Position numbers and translations under genes: made by a program. Of a stretch of 46,951 nt of DNA, positions 8,201-17,645 are shown in pieces. The notes under the pieces were generated by a model. It was not told where the DNA came from. It worked only from the letters and a program-made list of their open reading frames with translations, and ran no database searches. How positions within the stretch are numbered: position 1 is the stretch's first letter; each line of letters opens with the position of its first letter. Source of the DNA: a virus (lineage: Duplodnaviria > Caudoviricetes); IMG/VR virus record IMGVR_UViG_3300025518_000032, positions 1 through 46,951 of that record, one strand, 5' to 3'.

Positions 8201-8883
8201 CGAAATTTGTAAGACCGGTTGGGGATCGCCCAGATCGCCTCGCGAACAGCGACGACGCCAGCAACCGTAAGGCGGTAGGAGCGCCCCTCCGCGCCGACAA
8301 CGACATTCACTGCCGTGAGTGGCGTGACAGAGACAGGCGCGCCGGCATGGTCGCTCGTGTAGAGGCCTGGCGAGTCGCCGGGGCGTGTTGCGGCCTCGTA
8401 TGGCTGATGCTTGCTAAACTCGCCTTGCACGAAAGCCGTGTTCGCGAGCAATGTCGAGTTATCCCCCGCGGCGGCGGTCGGCGCTCTCGGGGAACCCGTT
8501 AGCGTTGGGGAAGCTTTCGGCGCTTTTGCGTCAATCTGCTCTTGAAACGACGCCGCGAGATCGACAGCCAGCCAACGCCACCCCGCGGGAGACGTCGACC
8601 ATCCAAACACTCCGGAGTTGGAGACAGTCCCCCCGACGACGGGGTCCGTATGCGTTCCCGCGTCACCGTAGACTTCCGCGCGCTGTCCAGCGGCGGTTCC
8701 CGTCGTCGCGGAGAGCGCCGCCCAGGTCGCGAAGGCGACGCCTGAATCGATCATCAGTTGCGCAGCGACGACGGACCTTGTGGCGCGAACAAGCTCCGGG
8801 CCCGCGCCGCTGTCCTTATGACCGATAAACTCGTCGAGCGAGCTTTTCAGCGGCAGATCAGTCGAGCGCGTGCCTTCGGTCAT
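5215..8883 (-). CDS. Tail fibre/spike with SGNH esterase domain and C-terminal peptidase S74 chaperone
   Basis: APKASPTLTGSPRAPT fibre repeat; YRGTWNA..GDYY motif; GQSN/WWQGES/YIH; TSDGRMK..GLIAQEV..LIKAVQEL. Confidence 0.9.
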   Translation of the reverse strand: MTEGTRSTDLPLKSSLDEFIGHKDSGAGPELVRATRSVVAAQLMIDSGVAFATWAALSATTGTAAGQRAEVYGDAGTHTDPVVGGTVSNSGVFGWSTSPAGWRWLAVDLAASFQEQIDAKAPKASPTLTGSPRAPTAAAGDNSTLLANTAFVQGEFSKHQPYEAATRPGDSPGLYTSDHAGAPVSVTPLTAVNVVVGAEGRSYRLTVAGVVAVREAIWAIPNRSYKFRAAYRRIVDPSDPLSDAVQTGVAWLDASYAMISLEVLNNDGAATVANGIRSFAFDLSAAPSGAKFARPYVRTFGTGNTTDVEEIAITDVTDLSLASSSNYRGTWNATTNTPTLVSSVGTTGDYYDVSVAGTTSINGINSWAVRDRIKFNGTAWEKLANDNVTPNYLSGEGILIDQVGQDVTVAMDVPALTNNTSALDPTKFSLAAYNTDAAEHQEIAFDKLPGNRRRPFVILAMGQSNIVQEPAYSWTPEPNLKVWNWDGTYSGIGTAFAALDGTKANVVWSFANEIAKQHPHLDVRVVKIAVGGMPIEHFIHGASYLFSSDTSGSSPASGYFKLNAAPNLATQLVIHQLDKNAIDKGGILTETLLGQKIYLVDQTSGATATYTVSLAAVWDDPGDKITVGVTYVSGSGTFTNGDSVLVLGEPDIWAILTNNITPALAAAGVTKIDQFYWWQGESNARDPRRYVEDFTTFHTQLIGESWFDPQTPMMISGITSNAVTGNTAFGLVNWFLQKCVALDPDRRKFTYPAAFPQSYWDSGVGYIHMLATGYMLAGQQAFNIWRGKAGRGAFPGAVYDTDLGAWTFNGTRQQSYSFDFNPWRSTPDPARGIIARFYNDAAGAANGSMIGFGASIGGAWALGQIPGATSFGIYQNRTALADGTLQYFISSVGLHGVNTASPLTRHYVEDSNPARGIVGGLRNSNASSSTGAMLMVSAAGLGTGTFGFDASSLAIYISRSTVGDGTKVCAFSASAVLPGADNAFTLGNGSFRWSTVYAATGTINTSDGRMKMDVAPSALGLDFIKALRPVSYRWIEGGAKQVEVEDAEEFEEIETEEIVEKYTDHVVDNGVAIEFEKERKVKREVADLVPVVDASGAVVYDIEPATDDVRDENGDLVIEGTPERRVQRTIAVPRMVKRTRTIKRTEIVKTPGKRTHYGLIAQEVAEAIKASGAGDFAGHVLDDASNPDSTQGLRYDQFIAPLIKAVQELSAKVAALEAKLPQ

Positions 8884-8920
8884 TTTTGCTTCCCACATAT
8901 GGTTTAGTATTTTGGCAATA

Positions 8921-9400
8921 TTATGCCGCGACGAAGCCCTGCGCGTTCGCGTAAACAGCGCCCGTTCCGGATGCGGTCAGCGTCACGATTTCAAGCAGCG
9001 TGTTCGCTGTGCCTTTGAGCGGCGTTGGGAAGACGATGCTGCGGCCGGCAAGCAGTCCGCCCGTGCCGATCTTCATGCGCCATAGCACCGTGCCGCCCGC
9101 GCCGTCGCGGATTGCGACTTCCGTCGCTGTGCCGAGCGCCTCCGCATCGATCTGCAACGCGGTAATGTAGTTGCGCAGCCCGGCGCCCGATGCGCCTTTG
9201 ATGGTGACGGCGGTGGTCGTGTTGACGATACCAGACGCACCCGCCGCGTAATTCCAGAAGATGTTTTCGAGATCGCCGTAGGACGGGTGCGCGATGCTGC
9301 GGAACGGCCCCGAGCCAACGCCGCTTTCATCAAGCGAACGAATGGCTTTGGGCGCACTATCCTTGTCAAGAATATTTATAGACGTGACGACAGCAACCAT
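8921..9400 (-). CDS. Putative virion protein, 159 aa
   Basis: Beta-rich Gly/Thr sequence between tip protein and fibre. Confidence 0.65.
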   Translation of the reverse strand: MVAVVTSINILDKDSAPKAIRSLDESGVGSGPFRSIAHPSYGDLENIFWNYAAGASGIVNTTTAVTIKGASGAGLRNYITALQIDAEALGTATEVAIRDGAGGTVLWRMKIGTGGLLAGRSIVFPTPLKGTANTLLEIVTLTASGTGAVYANAQGFVAA

Positions 9401-11830
9401 TTATGGCCACCCCAAGGTTACGTGTTGGCTGTTGCGCGGGTCATCGAACTTTAGTGACGGCGTGAATGCGCCGATCTCTTCGCCGACGCGCCCGCTCCAA
9501 GCCGGCGGCGTTTCCGCATCCGCAAGCGTTTCGATCTGCGGCGCGTGATCGACAAGCGTGAAACGGCGTGCCAGATCCTCTGCGCCCTCGACCTCGCGGA
9601 CGATCAGTTCTTTCGTGACGCTGTCGGACTCGCCAAACATCGCCAGATCGCCAACATTCGGCAGCACGCCGGAGCCTGTCACGAAAACTGTGTCGTGTTC
9701 TCCCGCAACCGTCGTCACGCTGCGCAAGACGCTGAGGTCGTCGCCTTCAGATGATGGCAGTTTGCGAAAGCGGATGGCGTAGGTCTTGCTGGTTTCCATC
9801 GTGACGAATTCGTCGAGCGTCACTGAGCTGCCGTCGACCGCGCGCACCCGCGCCGATATTTGCGTGCGCGTCAGCACGTCATGATTAAACTGAATGAGGT
9901 CGCCTCGCCGCGCGCATGCGCCCTCAAAATCCATGGTGGCGAAATAGACGTCACGCCTGTGGATCAGCTCATATTGCCGGCGGCGCGCTTCGATCCAGAC
10001 TTGATCTGGATCGGTGACACCGGGGAGTTCGATGCTTTCGGTGATTACTGGCGTGCCGACAAAGCCAGGCCACGGCACGACGCGCTCAGCCATTTTATAG
10101 CTGTTCGTCTCGTCATAGAATTTGACCCGAAAGGCGTCGGGGAAGCGCACATAATCCCGAGATCCTGAGAAGCCCCAGGAGTTGCGCGCTGTAATGTGCT
10201 GCATCACGATCGTCTGAGCGCGATCGATCACGACGCCCCAACGCTCGCCGTCGTCGCGCGGAGACGCGCGCCCCGCCGCCGCAATGTCGCTCCACGCGTC
10301 GAACACCGATTGTTCGAAGTCGTGAACGCGGTTGTAAGCCAGGCTCTTGGCGACGCAGTGATCGTGAAAGTCAGCAAGCCCGTCGAGATCGATTTCGTCA
10401 TCCTCAAGCGGGTAGGCGATCATCGGCCCCTGCATGTAAAACCGCAGTAGCGACGCCGGATTTTGCGTCTCCTGCTCGACCCAATCCGCACCGTCCCAAT
10501 CGAGGCAAACACGCGAGGCTTCACAGTTCAGATTGTCGATGACGCCGTTGAGCTGCTTCGTCGCGCGTGCGCGGACAGCAATCAGCGCCAGCGGATGGTT
10601 GAAGTTCATCGGATATTCCGGCCGGAACGACCGGATTGCCGACCAAAGCGAGACAGAGACGAACTGGTCGTTTTGCTGAAAGGCGTTCAGTTCGTCGAGG
10701 TCGCCGGTGAGGCGCGTGACCTCGATTTCGTAGCGGCCCCGCGCCGGTAGCACCCACCGATAGGTGGCGGAATAGGGCTTTTGCGTGAAAGCCGTGATCG
10801 GCCAATCGACAACCGTCGTCCACGCCCCGACGCCGTTGAGCCTCATTCGAATGCGGATCGTCACCGTCAACGGCAGCGGCGACGTGACCGACGTTGACCC
10901 GGAGACGGTCGTGTGCATCCAGAACAGGCCGTTGGCGAAGGTGATATCGATCGAGACGTCTTCTGCGTCGGATGCCGTGAACCGTGTATGCGGCCCGAAC
11001 GTCCCGACATAGGCTTGGTTGAGATCGATGGACAGGCGCTCTTCAAGAACCTGCGTCGGATAGAGCGTGACCGGGGCGTCACCGGGCAGTCCCTCGCGAA
11101 CTTCGACTTCGACTTCCTTGAAATTCTCGATCGGCGTGTCGCCGAGCTTGATGTCACGAATGACGACCGGCCCATAGCCGACCAAGAACAGCGCGCGGAT
11201 GTAGGTCTCGCCGCCGGCGACTTCCGTATAGGGCAGCGCCGCGTAAGGTGGGGCAAAGCGCACCGTGCCGAGCGGGCAGGGGAAAAAACCGTCTGGGTTG
11301 GCGACGTTGCGAAAGCCCTGGATCGAATATGTCGGGCTTTGCGCGACGCCGGCGCCTTGTGCCTGATCCTGGCGCAACGGCACGAGCGAATTGACCAGGA
11401 ACGTGCCGGCCAGCAGCACCGTGCCGGACAGCACGCCTTGCGCAATGCCCGTCGCGATAGCCGAGCCGCCGAACCCGAGCGCGCCGGCGAGAGGCGCAGC
11501 CCAGACCTGCCCGACGGCGAGCGCGGCGACGCCAACCGCGATCGAAAGAGCGGCGCGCAGCGCGCCCCTGTTGCCTGGCGCGACCCGCACGATGACGATC
11601 GTCGTCGGCTTCGGCCGCACACGCATCCACATTTCGCGCGGGATGACCGTTTCGCCGATCGTAACGCGCACATGCGGGAGCAGCGGCTCCGGCACGTTGG
11701 GGATCGCGATCGCGACGATTTCGAAGATCGTTGATCCCGCAGGCGCTACAGCGTCGAGACGCCGGCCGCCGTCGAGATAGGGCTGCGCGATGATGCGCGC
11801 GCCGCTGTTTTGCGCTATGAGTTGCGACAC
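9401..11830 (-). CDS. Tail tip/host-specificity protein (TipJ-like)
   Basis: TQNPASLLR, GRASPRDDGERWGVVID, ITARNSWGF motifs; position. Confidence 0.85.
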   Translation of the reverse strand: MSQLIAQNSGARIIAQPYLDGGRRLDAVAPAGSTIFEIVAIAIPNVPEPLLPHVRVTIGETVIPREMWMRVRPKPTTIVIVRVAPGNRGALRAALSIAVGVAALAVGQVWAAPLAGALGFGGSAIATGIAQGVLSGTVLLAGTFLVNSLVPLRQDQAQGAGVAQSPTYSIQGFRNVANPDGFFPCPLGTVRFAPPYAALPYTEVAGGETYIRALFLVGYGPVVIRDIKLGDTPIENFKEVEVEVREGLPGDAPVTLYPTQVLEERLSIDLNQAYVGTFGPHTRFTASDAEDVSIDITFANGLFWMHTTVSGSTSVTSPLPLTVTIRIRMRLNGVGAWTTVVDWPITAFTQKPYSATYRWVLPARGRYEIEVTRLTGDLDELNAFQQNDQFVSVSLWSAIRSFRPEYPMNFNHPLALIAVRARATKQLNGVIDNLNCEASRVCLDWDGADWVEQETQNPASLLRFYMQGPMIAYPLEDDEIDLDGLADFHDHCVAKSLAYNRVHDFEQSVFDAWSDIAAAGRASPRDDGERWGVVIDRAQTIVMQHITARNSWGFSGSRDYVRFPDAFRVKFYDETNSYKMAERVVPWPGFVGTPVITESIELPGVTDPDQVWIEARRRQYELIHRRDVYFATMDFEGACARRGDLIQFNHDVLTRTQISARVRAVDGSSVTLDEFVTMETSKTYAIRFRKLPSSEGDDLSVLRSVTTVAGEHDTVFVTGSGVLPNVGDLAMFGESDSVTKELIVREVEGAEDLARRFTLVDHAPQIETLADAETPPAWSGRVGEEIGAFTPSLKFDDPRNSQHVTLGWP

Positions 11831-11856
11831 GTCAGAGCATCACCGTGAGGGCTGAT

Positions 11857-12075
11857 ATGGGCGAGTGGCAAACAATTGAGAACGCGCCGAGAGACGAAAG
11901 ATGGATGCTGCTTTGGTTCCCCGAGGGGTTTTGGGCTACCGGGCAGCAAGTTGCGATTGGCTTTTGGAGCACCGAAGACAAAGACTGGTTTGATAACGAA
12001 GCGGCGAGCCGGCCGATGACTGACTTTGGTTCGCAACCAACGCATTGGATGCCGCTGCCGGAGCCGCCTAAATAA
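11857..12075 (+). CDS. DUF551-like protein, antisense within the tail operon
   Basis: WQTIENAPRD...PTHWMPLPEPP signature. Confidence 0.8.
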   Translation: MGEWQTIENAPRDERWMLLWFPEGFWATGQQVAIGFWSTEDKDWFDNEAASRPMTDFGSQPTHWMPLPEPPK

Positions 12076-12486
12076 TCACACCAACTCTTTGTGACGCCAT
12101 GCGCTCATCAGCCTCGGCAACCATCGTCCGTCAGCCCATCGCTCGATTGAACTGTCCTTGCCAGCCGTCGCATGCAGCATCAGGCCGCGACCGCAGACCA
12201 CGCCGACATGGCTTTGCAGCCCGAAACAACGGAACAGCAGGATATCCAGCTCGCGTTCATCGCCCGCGTCGACTTTTACCCACGGCCCATGCGCGCATTG
12301 CCCATCAACGATGCGCGCGATGTCTTCGCGCTCCTCTGCCGTGACATAGAGGCCGTTGAGCGGGTCCAGCGGAATGCCGGCGACCTCGGCATAAGCCAGC
12401 ATTACGAGACCATAACAATCGACTCCTTCGCGCGTGCGCCCGCCCGGAAGCCACGGCAGGCCGATGTAGTTGGCGCTCCAGTGCAT
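12076..12486 (-). CDS. NlpC/P60 tail tip assembly protein
   Basis: YIGLPW..GVDCYGLV, HVGV, MLHA. Confidence 0.88.
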   Translation of the reverse strand: MHWSANYIGLPWLPGGRTREGVDCYGLVMLAYAEVAGIPLDPLNGLYVTAEEREDIARIVDGQCAHGPWVKVDAGDERELDILLFRCFGLQSHVGVVCGRGLMLHATAGKDSSIERWADGRWLPRLMSAWRHKELV

Positions 12487-12683
12487 CAGGGGCGGCGCTC
12501 GCGCCAGACGACCTGCAGCGCCATCGCGTCGCAATCGCCAAACTCGACATCGCCGAGTGCGCGCAGATCGTCGCCGAGCCCGGCATCGAGATAGGCCAAA
12601 AAGCGCGCATGAAAGCTGGCGACCTTTTCGGTCGGCAATCCTGCGATCGCCGTCTGCATTTTGGTGATGAGGTCTTCGTTCAT
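12486..12683 (-). CDS. Hypothetical protein, 65 aa
   Basis: Overlap-coupled to both neighbours. Confidence 0.6.
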   Translation of the reverse strand: MNEDLITKMQTAIAGLPTEKVASFHARFLAYLDAGLGDDLRALGDVEFGDCDAMALQVVWRERRP

Positions 12684-13192
12684 GCGCTCGCTAAACCATG
12701 GAGGCCTGGACAGAAATTCTTGGTTTGACGCGCCAGCGACGGCTCCGACGTGAACGGCTCGCGCGACAGATCGAACGTCGCCGTCGCGTCGTCGAACGTG
12801 CAGCGCACGATGCGCAACCCGCGATAGGCTTGAATGACCGTATCGGGCGCCGAGGCCAGCACGAGTTCGATCGACGCCGTCGCGGGGTTGGTGAAAGACT
12901 GCGCGACCTCGACGACGTCGAATCCGACATTCTCAAAAACCAGCGCCACACGCGGCGGCGTTCCTTTGCGATCGTCGGGCACGATCGCCGACATGACGAC
13001 GTGCTCATATTCATTGCCGCGGCTCGTCGTGCCGTAGCGCAGCGGTTCTATTCCCAGACGCGCTGTCGGATCGCTCGAGACGCGCACAGGCGCGGCGAGA
13101 TTGGGATGCGTAATCGTGACCAGCGCGACTTCGCATTCCTCGCTGTGCTCGGCATACATCGCCGAGCGGACTGTGAGCGGAATGACGGCCAT
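12680..13192 (-). CDS. Minor tail protein (DUF1833-like)
   Basis: LVTITHP..PVRVSSDP, LVLASAPD; position after distal tail gene. Confidence 0.75.
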   Translation of the reverse strand: MAVIPLTVRSAMYAEHSEECEVALVTITHPNLAAPVRVSSDPTARLGIEPLRYGTTSRGNEYEHVVMSAIVPDDRKGTPPRVALVFENVGFDVVEVAQSFTNPATASIELVLASAPDTVIQAYRGLRIVRCTFDDATATFDLSREPFTSEPSLARQTKNFCPGLHGLASA

Positions 13193-13614
13193 TAGGGTAG
13201 CACGCTCAATTGCAGCGAGGCGCTGAAAATAGGCCCGCGTGGAACGATTTGCGGCGGGGCGGCGAACAGCACGAGCCAGTTTGCCGTCACCAAGATCGGC
13301 AGACCTCCGCCGTCCAGAATCGGCAGGCCGTCGCCATCCAGCATCGGGAGCCCGTCATGAGTCTGGTCCGGGATGATGAATGGAAGTGCCCCGCCGCCCG
13401 TGTCTTCATTCCAGAAGCGCTCCAGCCTGGCCTTCTGGTTGTAATAGAGCGAGATCGTCGCTTGCACCGGCAGGGCAGCGCTGGAATAGCGGCGCCGCAC
13501 CTTGCCGACGCCTGAGTCGGACTTCGACCGCAGCAAGCCATCGCGCAGCGTTTCCGAATAGCCGGCGCGCAAGACGCGCTGTGGCAATTCCGATGGCCAA
13601 ACCGCAACCGCCAT
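13192..13614 (-). CDS. Distal tail protein
   Basis: WPSELP...G..KVRRRYS; directly after TMP. Confidence 0.75.
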   Translation of the reverse strand: MAVAVWPSELPQRVLRAGYSETLRDGLLRSKSDSGVGKVRRRYSSAALPVQATISLYYNQKARLERFWNEDTGGGALPFIIPDQTHDGLPMLDGDGLPILDGGGLPILVTANWLVLFAAPPQIVPRGPIFSASLQLSVLP

Positions 13615-15914
13615 TACCGCTTCGCCGGACGCTGGCTTACGCCGTAATTTGCACTCAGCGTTTCTCTTCCTTGTGGCGATCCCATCGCCGCGGCGATGCG
13701 CTCGTCCATGACGACGTCCACGCGGCGATTGCCGCGCGCGTCGGTTGTCTCCCGCGTCTGCGTGCCAGGCGGCGCGCCGATGACATTGACGGACACATTC
13801 GCCCCTCCGCCGCGCATCTCGACTGGAATCTTCCCGCTTGGGACGGGAACGTAAGCCTCCGGCGACCGACCCTCGCCAAAAAGCGCAAGCTGCGGCGAAT
13901 TGGCGATGCCGCCCGTGGCGTAGCGATGCAACGGCAGCGGACCAGTGCCCGTCATAATGCCACCCATCGCGAATGGCGCAGCGGTCCCGGCGCCCCCGCT
14001 AAACAGGCCGCCGACAAGACCGCCAATCAACCCGCCCGACGACTTGTCGCCACTTTTGCCAAACAGCGAGTCTGTCAGGCTGCGCGAAGCCACATCGATC
14101 AGCTTGCGCTCGATTTGCTCGAGAACGCCCTTAAACGCCTCGCCGGCGCTTTTGCTGCTGCGCAGATCATTCAGCACGGAAGAAAACGCCTCGCGGAACG
14201 TGTCGCCAGCCTCGCGCAGCGAGTCGCGCCAGGCCTCGGACGCCTTGGTCGCTTCCTTTTGCGCGCGCTCGGCCGCATCCAGTTGCGTCACCAGCCCGGC
14301 GACCTCGTCTTTTTGCGCCTGCGTCGCGCCGACGCCGATGCGGCGCTGCTCATTCACGATCCTGATCTTGAGCGCGATCTTGTCGTGTTCGGCTCCTTCC
14401 GCCGTAACCGACGCCAGCGCGATCTTGTTTTGCAAATCCGCTTCGACGTCAGAAAACTTCTCGGCCGCGCGCGCAGCGTCGGATTTGCGGCCGCGCGCGC
14501 CAGAAGACTCGAAAAGCTTGCGCGATTCGCCAACGGGGCTTGGCGCCTTTCCTTGCGTGAACAGGTTCACGAGCGGGTCAACGTCCGCCATTGTTTTGCC
14601 GGCGAACGGATCGGCGCCGTTAAACGCGCGCCGTCCACGCATGCGCGCGAAGACGGAGATCGCCGCTTCGCCTTGCTCGCCGAGAACCTCTCCGGCCTTA
14701 AATCTTAAGGTGTCGCGAAGCTGGCGCGCAGAGCGCTCGACGTCTAAAATGCCGAGCTTCATATTTGCCCATGACCGCTCTAGGGCCAGGACGGGATTCG
14801 CCAGATCGCCAAAGGTCGCAAGCAAGCGCGTGCTCGCGATCTGGTCGATTTCTGCAATTTCGCGGCGCATGCGCGCGGCGTGCTCGGCCGAAGCGTCGAA
14901 ATTTGCGCCGGCCTTTTCCGCTTCCTGACGCAGCGTGGACATGGAGACCGCGCCGCGCTGGATCTCATCGAATAGCTTGCGGCCCGCATCATCGCCAAAC
15001 AGCGCCTTGGAGAGGTTCAGCCCCTGTTCGCTCGGCAGTTCGCGAATTTTCTGAACGATTCTGTCGATCCAGTCGCTTGCGCTGCGTGCGCGGTCGGCGA
15101 CGGACAAAAAGCCCTTGTCGACCTTCTCCAGAATATCTTTCACGGCGCCGCTGTTGCGCGAAAAAGCGTCAAACTCTTTTTGCGCATTAGTCAGCGCGCC
15201 GATGGTTTCCTTGTCGTCGAGCCCCGCCCTCGCGCCGACAATCTTCGCGCCAGCAACGCGGTTCGGGGTTAAACCCGTTTGGCGCGATTCCTCGCCGAGC
15301 TTCGCCAGCGACGCGGCGGCGGCGTCGCCAGCCGCTTTGACGCCGAACACTGCCGCCGCCAGCGCCGCGGCAGCGCCAACCGGACCCAAAAGCACCCGGG
15401 CCGCCGTTGCGCCGAACGATCGCAGCGCCGCGCCAGCGCCAGCGCCGCTCGAGGAAAAAATGTCGGCGATCTGCGACCCTTGCTGCATCAGAATAAGCGT
15501 CGGCGACTGGCCTCCGGCAAGCGACACGCCCACATCTTGAAACTGGCGGGAAAGATTGATCCATTCATGACGCGCAAGGCCTGTCGCCTTGGCGTTTTCA
15601 TTCACCGCGCCGGTGAGCCGGCGATGGCGCTCCGCCGCAAGGTCGATGACGCGCTGCGCGTCCTGATGCGTGCGCACGCCTGCCGCAACTGCGGCGTTCG
15701 CCGAAACATAGGTGCGCGCCACTTGCGCCGCCGAGCGCGCCGAGGCGTCGACGCTCTTTTCCAGCCGATCGAATGCTCGCGCCGCGTCCTTCGCTTCTTT
15801 CGAAAGCCCAGCCATGGCGTCGTCGCCAACCTGGCCGATCTTGCGCAGCGCAGCCTGGATTCGCTCGTCACCCTCAACGCCAAGCCGCAGCGTCACGCCA
15901 GCCTTCACCGCCAT
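13614..15914 (-). CDS. Tape measure protein
   Basis: NLSRQFQDVGVSLAGGQSP..QQGSQI N-terminal motif; Ala-rich helix; FAMGG/YATGG/GEGRSPEA C-terminus. Confidence 0.92.
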   Translation of the reverse strand: MAVKAGVTLRLGVEGDERIQAALRKIGQVGDDAMAGLSKEAKDAARAFDRLEKSVDASARSAAQVARTYVSANAAVAAGVRTHQDAQRVIDLAAERHRRLTGAVNENAKATGLARHEWINLSRQFQDVGVSLAGGQSPTLILMQQGSQIADIFSSSGAGAGAALRSFGATAARVLLGPVGAAAALAAAVFGVKAAGDAAAASLAKLGEESRQTGLTPNRVAGAKIVGARAGLDDKETIGALTNAQKEFDAFSRNSGAVKDILEKVDKGFLSVADRARSASDWIDRIVQKIRELPSEQGLNLSKALFGDDAGRKLFDEIQRGAVSMSTLRQEAEKAGANFDASAEHAARMRREIAEIDQIASTRLLATFGDLANPVLALERSWANMKLGILDVERSARQLRDTLRFKAGEVLGEQGEAAISVFARMRGRRAFNGADPFAGKTMADVDPLVNLFTQGKAPSPVGESRKLFESSGARGRKSDAARAAEKFSDVEADLQNKIALASVTAEGAEHDKIALKIRIVNEQRRIGVGATQAQKDEVAGLVTQLDAAERAQKEATKASEAWRDSLREAGDTFREAFSSVLNDLRSSKSAGEAFKGVLEQIERKLIDVASRSLTDSLFGKSGDKSSGGLIGGLVGGLFSGGAGTAAPFAMGGIMTGTGPLPLHRYATGGIANSPQLALFGEGRSPEAYVPVPSGKIPVEMRGGGANVSVNVIGAPPGTQTRETTDARGNRRVDVVMDERIAAAMGSPQGRETLSANYGVSQRPAKR

Positions 15915-15916
15915 CG

Positions 15917-16270
15917 TCAGTCGGTCCTTTGTTTGGCCACGCCGGCAAGCATCCCTTGCTCGGCGATCATCAGCAGTTCCATGAATACGGTTTGATCGGC
16001 TTCCGGCGGCGCGACAAGCGCCGCAATGCCGTAATCGACGCCGACGATCTGCCCGGCCATTCCCGCTCGCTTCACCGCGCCCGGCGCGGAGCAGGCGCGC
16101 AGCGCGGCGGAGCCTTCAATCGTTCCGGGCGCGTGCTCACGCTCGGGACAAAACTTGCCGTCCGCGTTCGGCTGGCCGCGCGCGCAGGGCGACCCTAAGT
16201 CGCGGCAGGCTCGACAATAGGCGGCGCCCCCGCCGGCGCGCCATTCGGCTAGGGCGCTGATGCGTTTCCC
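15917..16270 (-). CDS. Tail assembly chaperone GT, -1 frame part (Cys-rich)
   Basis: Open -1 frame after the slippery site: GKRISALAEWRAGGGAAYCRAC... Confidence 0.75.
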   Translation of the reverse strand, partial: GKRISALAEWRAGGGAAYCRACRDLGSPCARGQPNADGKFCPEREHAPGTIEGSAALRACSAPGAVKRAGMAGQIVGVDYGIAALVAPPEADQTVFMELLMIAEQGMLAGVAKQRTD

Positions 16271-16680
16271 TCTGCGGCCAGCGTCACCAGCCGCGCGCTC
16301 AAGACGCTGGAAATAAGCTCGAACGAGCCAGGGTCGCGCAACAAATTGGCGACATTCTCGCGCGTGAACGGCAACGGCGCGCCATTCTCGTCGCCGACGC
16401 CTTCCCATACCGAGCCGCAGCGCATGACGAGCTCAGCGTTGAACACCAGCAGCGAGACGCCGGAAGAAAGCCCCTCGTCGCCCTCGATCGACTTGGCGTC
16501 GCCTATTTCGAGGCCAAAGTCTGACATTGCGGCAGCGCCGGCGCGCACCGCCTTGAAAAACTCGCGCGCGCTGTGCAGCGCCGCTTCGCGGTCGACGCTC
16601 GTGGCCTCGCGATAGATGAGCCATGCGCCGGGCCCAAGCGGCAAGCGCTGATCGCTTTTGGGTTTGCCGATCCTGATCAT
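16249..16680 (-). CDS. Tail assembly chaperone G
   Basis: WEGVGDENG motif, ends ..EGNASAP; between tube and TMP. Confidence 0.8.
   Translation of the reverse strand: MIRIGKPKSDQRLPLGPGAWLIYREATSVDREAALHSAREFFKAVRAGAAAMSDFGLEIGDAKSIEGDEGLSSGVSLLVFNAELVMRCGSVWEGVGDENGAPLPFTRENVANLLRDPGSFELISSVLSARLVTLAAEGNASAP
16264..16270 (-). other. Programmed -1 frameshift heptamer G GGA AAC
   Basis: In-frame XXXYYYZ near the 3' end of chaperone G, upstream of TMP. Confidence 0.8.
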
Positions 16681-17642
16681 CAGTAAGTCGCCACCTGGTT
16701 TTTGAGGGTCGCTGTCATTTGCGGCGCGCCGGTCGTCTGGCGCGCCCGGAAGCTGATCGTCTGCTCGATGCCGCCCGGCCCTTCAATCGCGACGCCGGCC
16801 CGCGCGAAGCGAATGGCAGGCGCGTCGATGATGAGCGAATTGTTCGCGCCGACAATGAATTCGATCGAGAGCGCCTTTTCGGTTTCGGCCGCAGCAAGCG
16901 AATCATAGGTCGCGGCGGAATAGCGCACGCGCAATTCGCCGGAAAACTGCGCCTGTTCGGCGAGCACCGCCGCGCCAAACTTGTCGGACGTGTCGATGAA
17001 CCGATCCTGCGACAGCCCCGTCTCATAGGTCAGCTTGGCTGACAGCAGAGAGCCAACGGCGACCGTGTCCAGCTTTACCTGCGCGCCGGTCGCCTTGAAC
17101 GGCGCATAGGTGCGCGGCGCCGTGGGCGTGCCGCCGCCCGTTGAGCCAGCGATCGCCTCGCCAAAGCCCAGAACGTCCAGCATGACCCGCTGCATGCCTG
17201 CGGCGTCGGCAAGGTCGAGCGTGAGACTGCGCGCGGCGACGCCTGTGTGCATGCGAAAATCGCCGGCGATCGGCTTAATTTCAATCGCGTAGGACGGAAG
17301 CGTCAGCGCGCCGCTGGTGAAGACATGCGTAAAGTTGGTTGAGCCGGACGTTGATGGCGCGCCAAAAACCAGCTTCAGCCAATCGCCAATTTGATTGATG
17401 CAAAGCGGCAGTTCGAGCGTTCCGCCATGCTCGGACAGCGCCGGCGCGAAAGCGCCAGGGTCACGAAAATTGTTGTAGATGCTGCCGATGATCGGATCAT
17501 TTTCAAGCGGCTTGGTTTCGCGCAGCGAGGCCTTGTAAAAATGCGCTTTTTGGAAATTGCCGCCGGGCGACGTTCCGTAGGCCGACTCGATCTTGAATAG
17601 AAGATCGGCAAGTTGCCCGAGCGCGATCGATGCGGTCGCCAT
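16680..17642 (-). CDS. Major tail tube protein
   Basis: ESAYGTSP, THVFTSG..LPS, GPGGIEQ, LKNQVATY. Confidence 0.85.
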   Translation of the reverse strand: MATASIALGQLADLLFKIESAYGTSPGGNFQKAHFYKASLRETKPLENDPIIGSIYNNFRDPGAFAPALSEHGGTLELPLCINQIGDWLKLVFGAPSTSGSTNFTHVFTSGALTLPSYAIEIKPIAGDFRMHTGVAARSLTLDLADAAGMQRVMLDVLGFGEAIAGSTGGGTPTAPRTYAPFKATGAQVKLDTVAVGSLLSAKLTYETGLSQDRFIDTSDKFGAAVLAEQAQFSGELRVRYSAATYDSLAAAETEKALSIEFIVGANNSLIIDAPAIRFARAGVAIEGPGGIEQTISFRARQTTGAPQMTATLKNQVATY

Positions 17643-17645
17643 GGA

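Noticed and set aside
4252-8898. Diversity-generating retroelement (TR/VR) or invertible fibre cassette
   Set aside because: No reverse transcriptase or invertase; similarity between the two esterases is at protein level, not near-identical DNA with adenine-specific differences
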